Both the position numbers and the translations under genes were made by a program. From Macrostomum hystrix (Eukaryota > Animalia > Platyhelminthes), in the NCBI GenBank assembly GCA_950097015.1, contig CATNEN010000038.1, forward strand, positions 21,018,001-21,082,000: DNA of 64,000 bases. The letters are read 5' to 3'. The notes under the pieces are model-generated. The model was not told where the DNA came from and made no database searches. It saw only the letters and a list, made by a program, of their open reading frames with translations. Shown one piece after another: positions 61,710 to 64,000 of the stretch. The first letter of the stretch is position 1. Each line of letters starts with the position of its first letter.

Positions 61710-64000
61710 TGTGGCTTCCGGTTATCGATCGGGTCAAAGTACACCTGTCGCTTTTTGACATGTCCAGTAAAAGTGTTTTCCCTGGAGACCTAGAATGTTT
61801 TTATTTTTTTTTCTGTAAATTTCAAATTTCAAATTTTCTGATTAACAAAAAGTTATTGGCCTTTTGAATTGAATATAGCCACCAGAAATGTAAACCTCAA
61901 GAGAGAAATAGTAAGTATTATCTAGTTTAGCAATTTAGATCAAGAAAAATATTAATTTTCGAGCTATCTAAGTCTCCTGAAGCCTATGACTTGTTGATCT
62001 AGACAATTTGCTAACGAGCCTCAGGCTGCCGGCGGGCAAACATGCTTGACCTTGACTGCTCAGCATCGTTCAATCGACAACTCACCAGTTGGCGGAGGCG
62101 AAGTCCTTTAACAACTACCATGTAGGCGAGCATCAGAAGCAGCAGCCAAGGAAGCTTCTTCGCAATGGCGACCATCGCTTTTAGATCAACGTGCTAGTCT
62201 AGTAGGTAAACTAAATATCTATTAATTTGCTTCCTATGCCAACAATCGGGGGCTGGCAAACTAGACGAGTAGGTGATTAGGGTTGACACAGCCACTGCCG
62301 TTTTATCTCCGAGTAGGCTATAGCATTTTAGAACGAGTTTCCGCTTTTTTCTATGAGCATTTCTGCTTTTTTTCCATAGACACTGCCACGTCTTTCTGAC
62401 ACGTCAGTAGCACTAATTCAAAATGAAAATATCCAAAAATGGAGATGAAAAATCATTGCCATCAATTTTTGAGCTTGTGTAACACTACCCCTGACCTTCG
62501 CGCACGTTTCTTGCTGCAGCTCCTGAATAGAGAAATATATGAACATGATTTTAACTTTGCTTTCTTTGTGACAAAAGTTCCTTTCATTTGACACCATAGG
62601 CGTGAAATTTCATGGCTCCGTTGAAGAGCTACTTTGGACATTCCGGGAACTTTTGGGACGCCCCTCGTATCTGAGGAATTGATAGATCTATCTGAGGAAT
62701 GAGTAGATCTATCTGAGGAATGAGTAGATCTATCTGAGGTCTATTTGTTTATTTTAGAACGATGTTAAATTTTCTAAACAGAACATCAACTTTAAATCTT
62801 CAAATGCAAACACAAGTTCAAGTTGTTGGTGCAGATGCAGATAATTTGATAATGTGATAATTTTTCAATTTGTGGTTTGCACTCAACCTCTTATTGAAAG
62901 CACTCAGTTTAAAAGCTTGCTTTCTCGATAAAAACCTTTCCATTTCGCGCACGTAACTTCTATAGCTCGCAGATGTTGAGAGGGTGACAATTTTAAAAAC
63001 GTTTCTGAAGCTATAGACGCTATGCTTGTTGCTCTTCTAGTGGCAGCAATTCTTTGTCTTGACTTGACCGAGGCCAGTTCCATTGTTGAAGAATTTTCCG
63101 AAATCAGCGGCTCCCTGTGCATCAACAGCGACTTCGTATCCCTCGAAGGTGCAGGCCACACCAAACTGCAGTGTGCAGTCAAGTGCAGTCTGAAGGTTAA
63201 CTGCCAGGCCTTCTCAGTGAAAGACGGTGGAGACTGCAGCCACTTTGTGTTCAACAGGTGCAGCAAGCAGGTGAGAGACTGCGGCTGCAGCAGCACCGGA
63301 AGGCTGTTTTTGAGGCGACAACATGGCCTGTCGCCGGGTCGCCTGTGCTCAAGCAACTATGCTGAGCAGCTGTGCGGAGTGAAGTACGCGCTGTTCTCTG
63401 ACCCGCCATGGTTCCAGGCCAGCCGTCTGGGCTGCGATTCGGAGCCTGGCCTAGCCATCATGGCCGACATCACCGACCTGCAGGAGCTGAGCTTCATTAA
63501 ATCACTAGCTAACAAGTACAAGCAGAACTTTACTGCATTTTTTGTATCCGGACTTCAGAAACCTGGCAGTCTGGAGCCTCACGGTGGCTGGTACTGGGCT
63601 AGCTGTGACCTGCCAATCAACGGTACCTACTGGGCCAGCTCAGAGCCCAACGATGCCAATGGACAGCAAAATGTAACCATTGTAGTTGGAGGCGCTGGTC
63701 TGGCCGACCATTTCGATGGCTCGTCACAGTTTAACAAAGGCGTCCTGTGTGAATGCCTAGATCAATTTTAAAGTTCAGCTTTTGATTGGGTCTTCACGAA
63801 TAATCAAATAAACTCGAAAGAAGTTCAGTTTAAGGATTCTCTCGACGATGCTGACGTTGGACTTTGAAAGTTAGTTCATCGCAATGGGTGGGAGATTTCG
63901 ATCCAAATAGTGGACTTCAAAAGGATGTTATGGGCAAAGGGGATAAGTCTGAAGATCTGGGGGATTGCTTACTATGGGAGGGGATTAATCAAGGACTATT
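61710..64000 (+). repeat. Segmental duplicate of ~20757-22921 (direct); 61114-62690 is also the inverted duplicate of ~18968-20541
   Basis: Near-identical sequence including the lectin gene and 3' flank; the 21-kb copy lacks ~95 bp present at ~62855-62950. Confidence 0.92.
63022..63771 (+). CDS. Secreted C-type lectin (EPN motif), copy 2 (249 aa)
   Basis: Four amino-acid differences from 21943-22692. Confidence 0.85.
   Translation: MLVALLVAAILCLDLTEASSIVEEFSEISGSLCINSDFVSLEGAGHTKLQCAVKCSLKVNCQAFSVKDGGDCSHFVFNRCSKQVRDCGCSSTGRLFLRRQHGLSPGRLCSSNYAEQLCGVKYALFSDPPWFQASRLGCDSEPGLAIMADITDLQELSFIKSLANKYKQNFTAFFVSGLQKPGSLEPHGGWYWASCDLPINGTYWASSEPNDANGQQNVTIVVGGAGLADHFDGSSQFNKGVLCECLDQF

Overview
Repeat-rich eukaryotic (metazoan) genomic DNA with spliceosomal introns and large intronic minisatellites. 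The gene style resembles a free-living flatworm such as Macrostomum (inference only). Host genes: a 2-exon tetraspan membrane protein with a PPxY motif; a 4-exon SAPS-domain PP6 regulatory subunit (PPP6R family); a disrupted cGAS-like receptor (Mab-21/cGLR); two near-identical secreted C-type lectins; two secreted LamG/ConA-like paralogues plus fragments; a Q-rich coiled-coil gene of unknown function; and a GT32 (DxD) glycosyltransferase pseudogene. Mobile DNA: a hAT-like MITE, an internally deleted Merlin element, a P-type MITE, a tRNA/CORE-like SINE, a decayed Gypsy pol, a Harbinger transposase, a DD34D mariner split by a solo LTR, three copies of one ~350-bp LTR, and a 4.4-kb THAP/P-type element with TIRs and a perfect 8-bp TSD. 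Top findings: (1) the P-type element also encloses a divergently oriented Crypton-like (DUF3504) tyrosine-recombinase gene; (2) an intact 361-aa ORF with its own CCAAT/TATA promoter lies 3' of the dead Gypsy pol; (3) a ~2.7-kb palindrome and segmental duplication preserves one LTR insertion as both LTR+PBS and solo LTR; (4) the window holds a cluster of immune-type genes with signs of gene conversion. All calls were made by eye, with no database searches.
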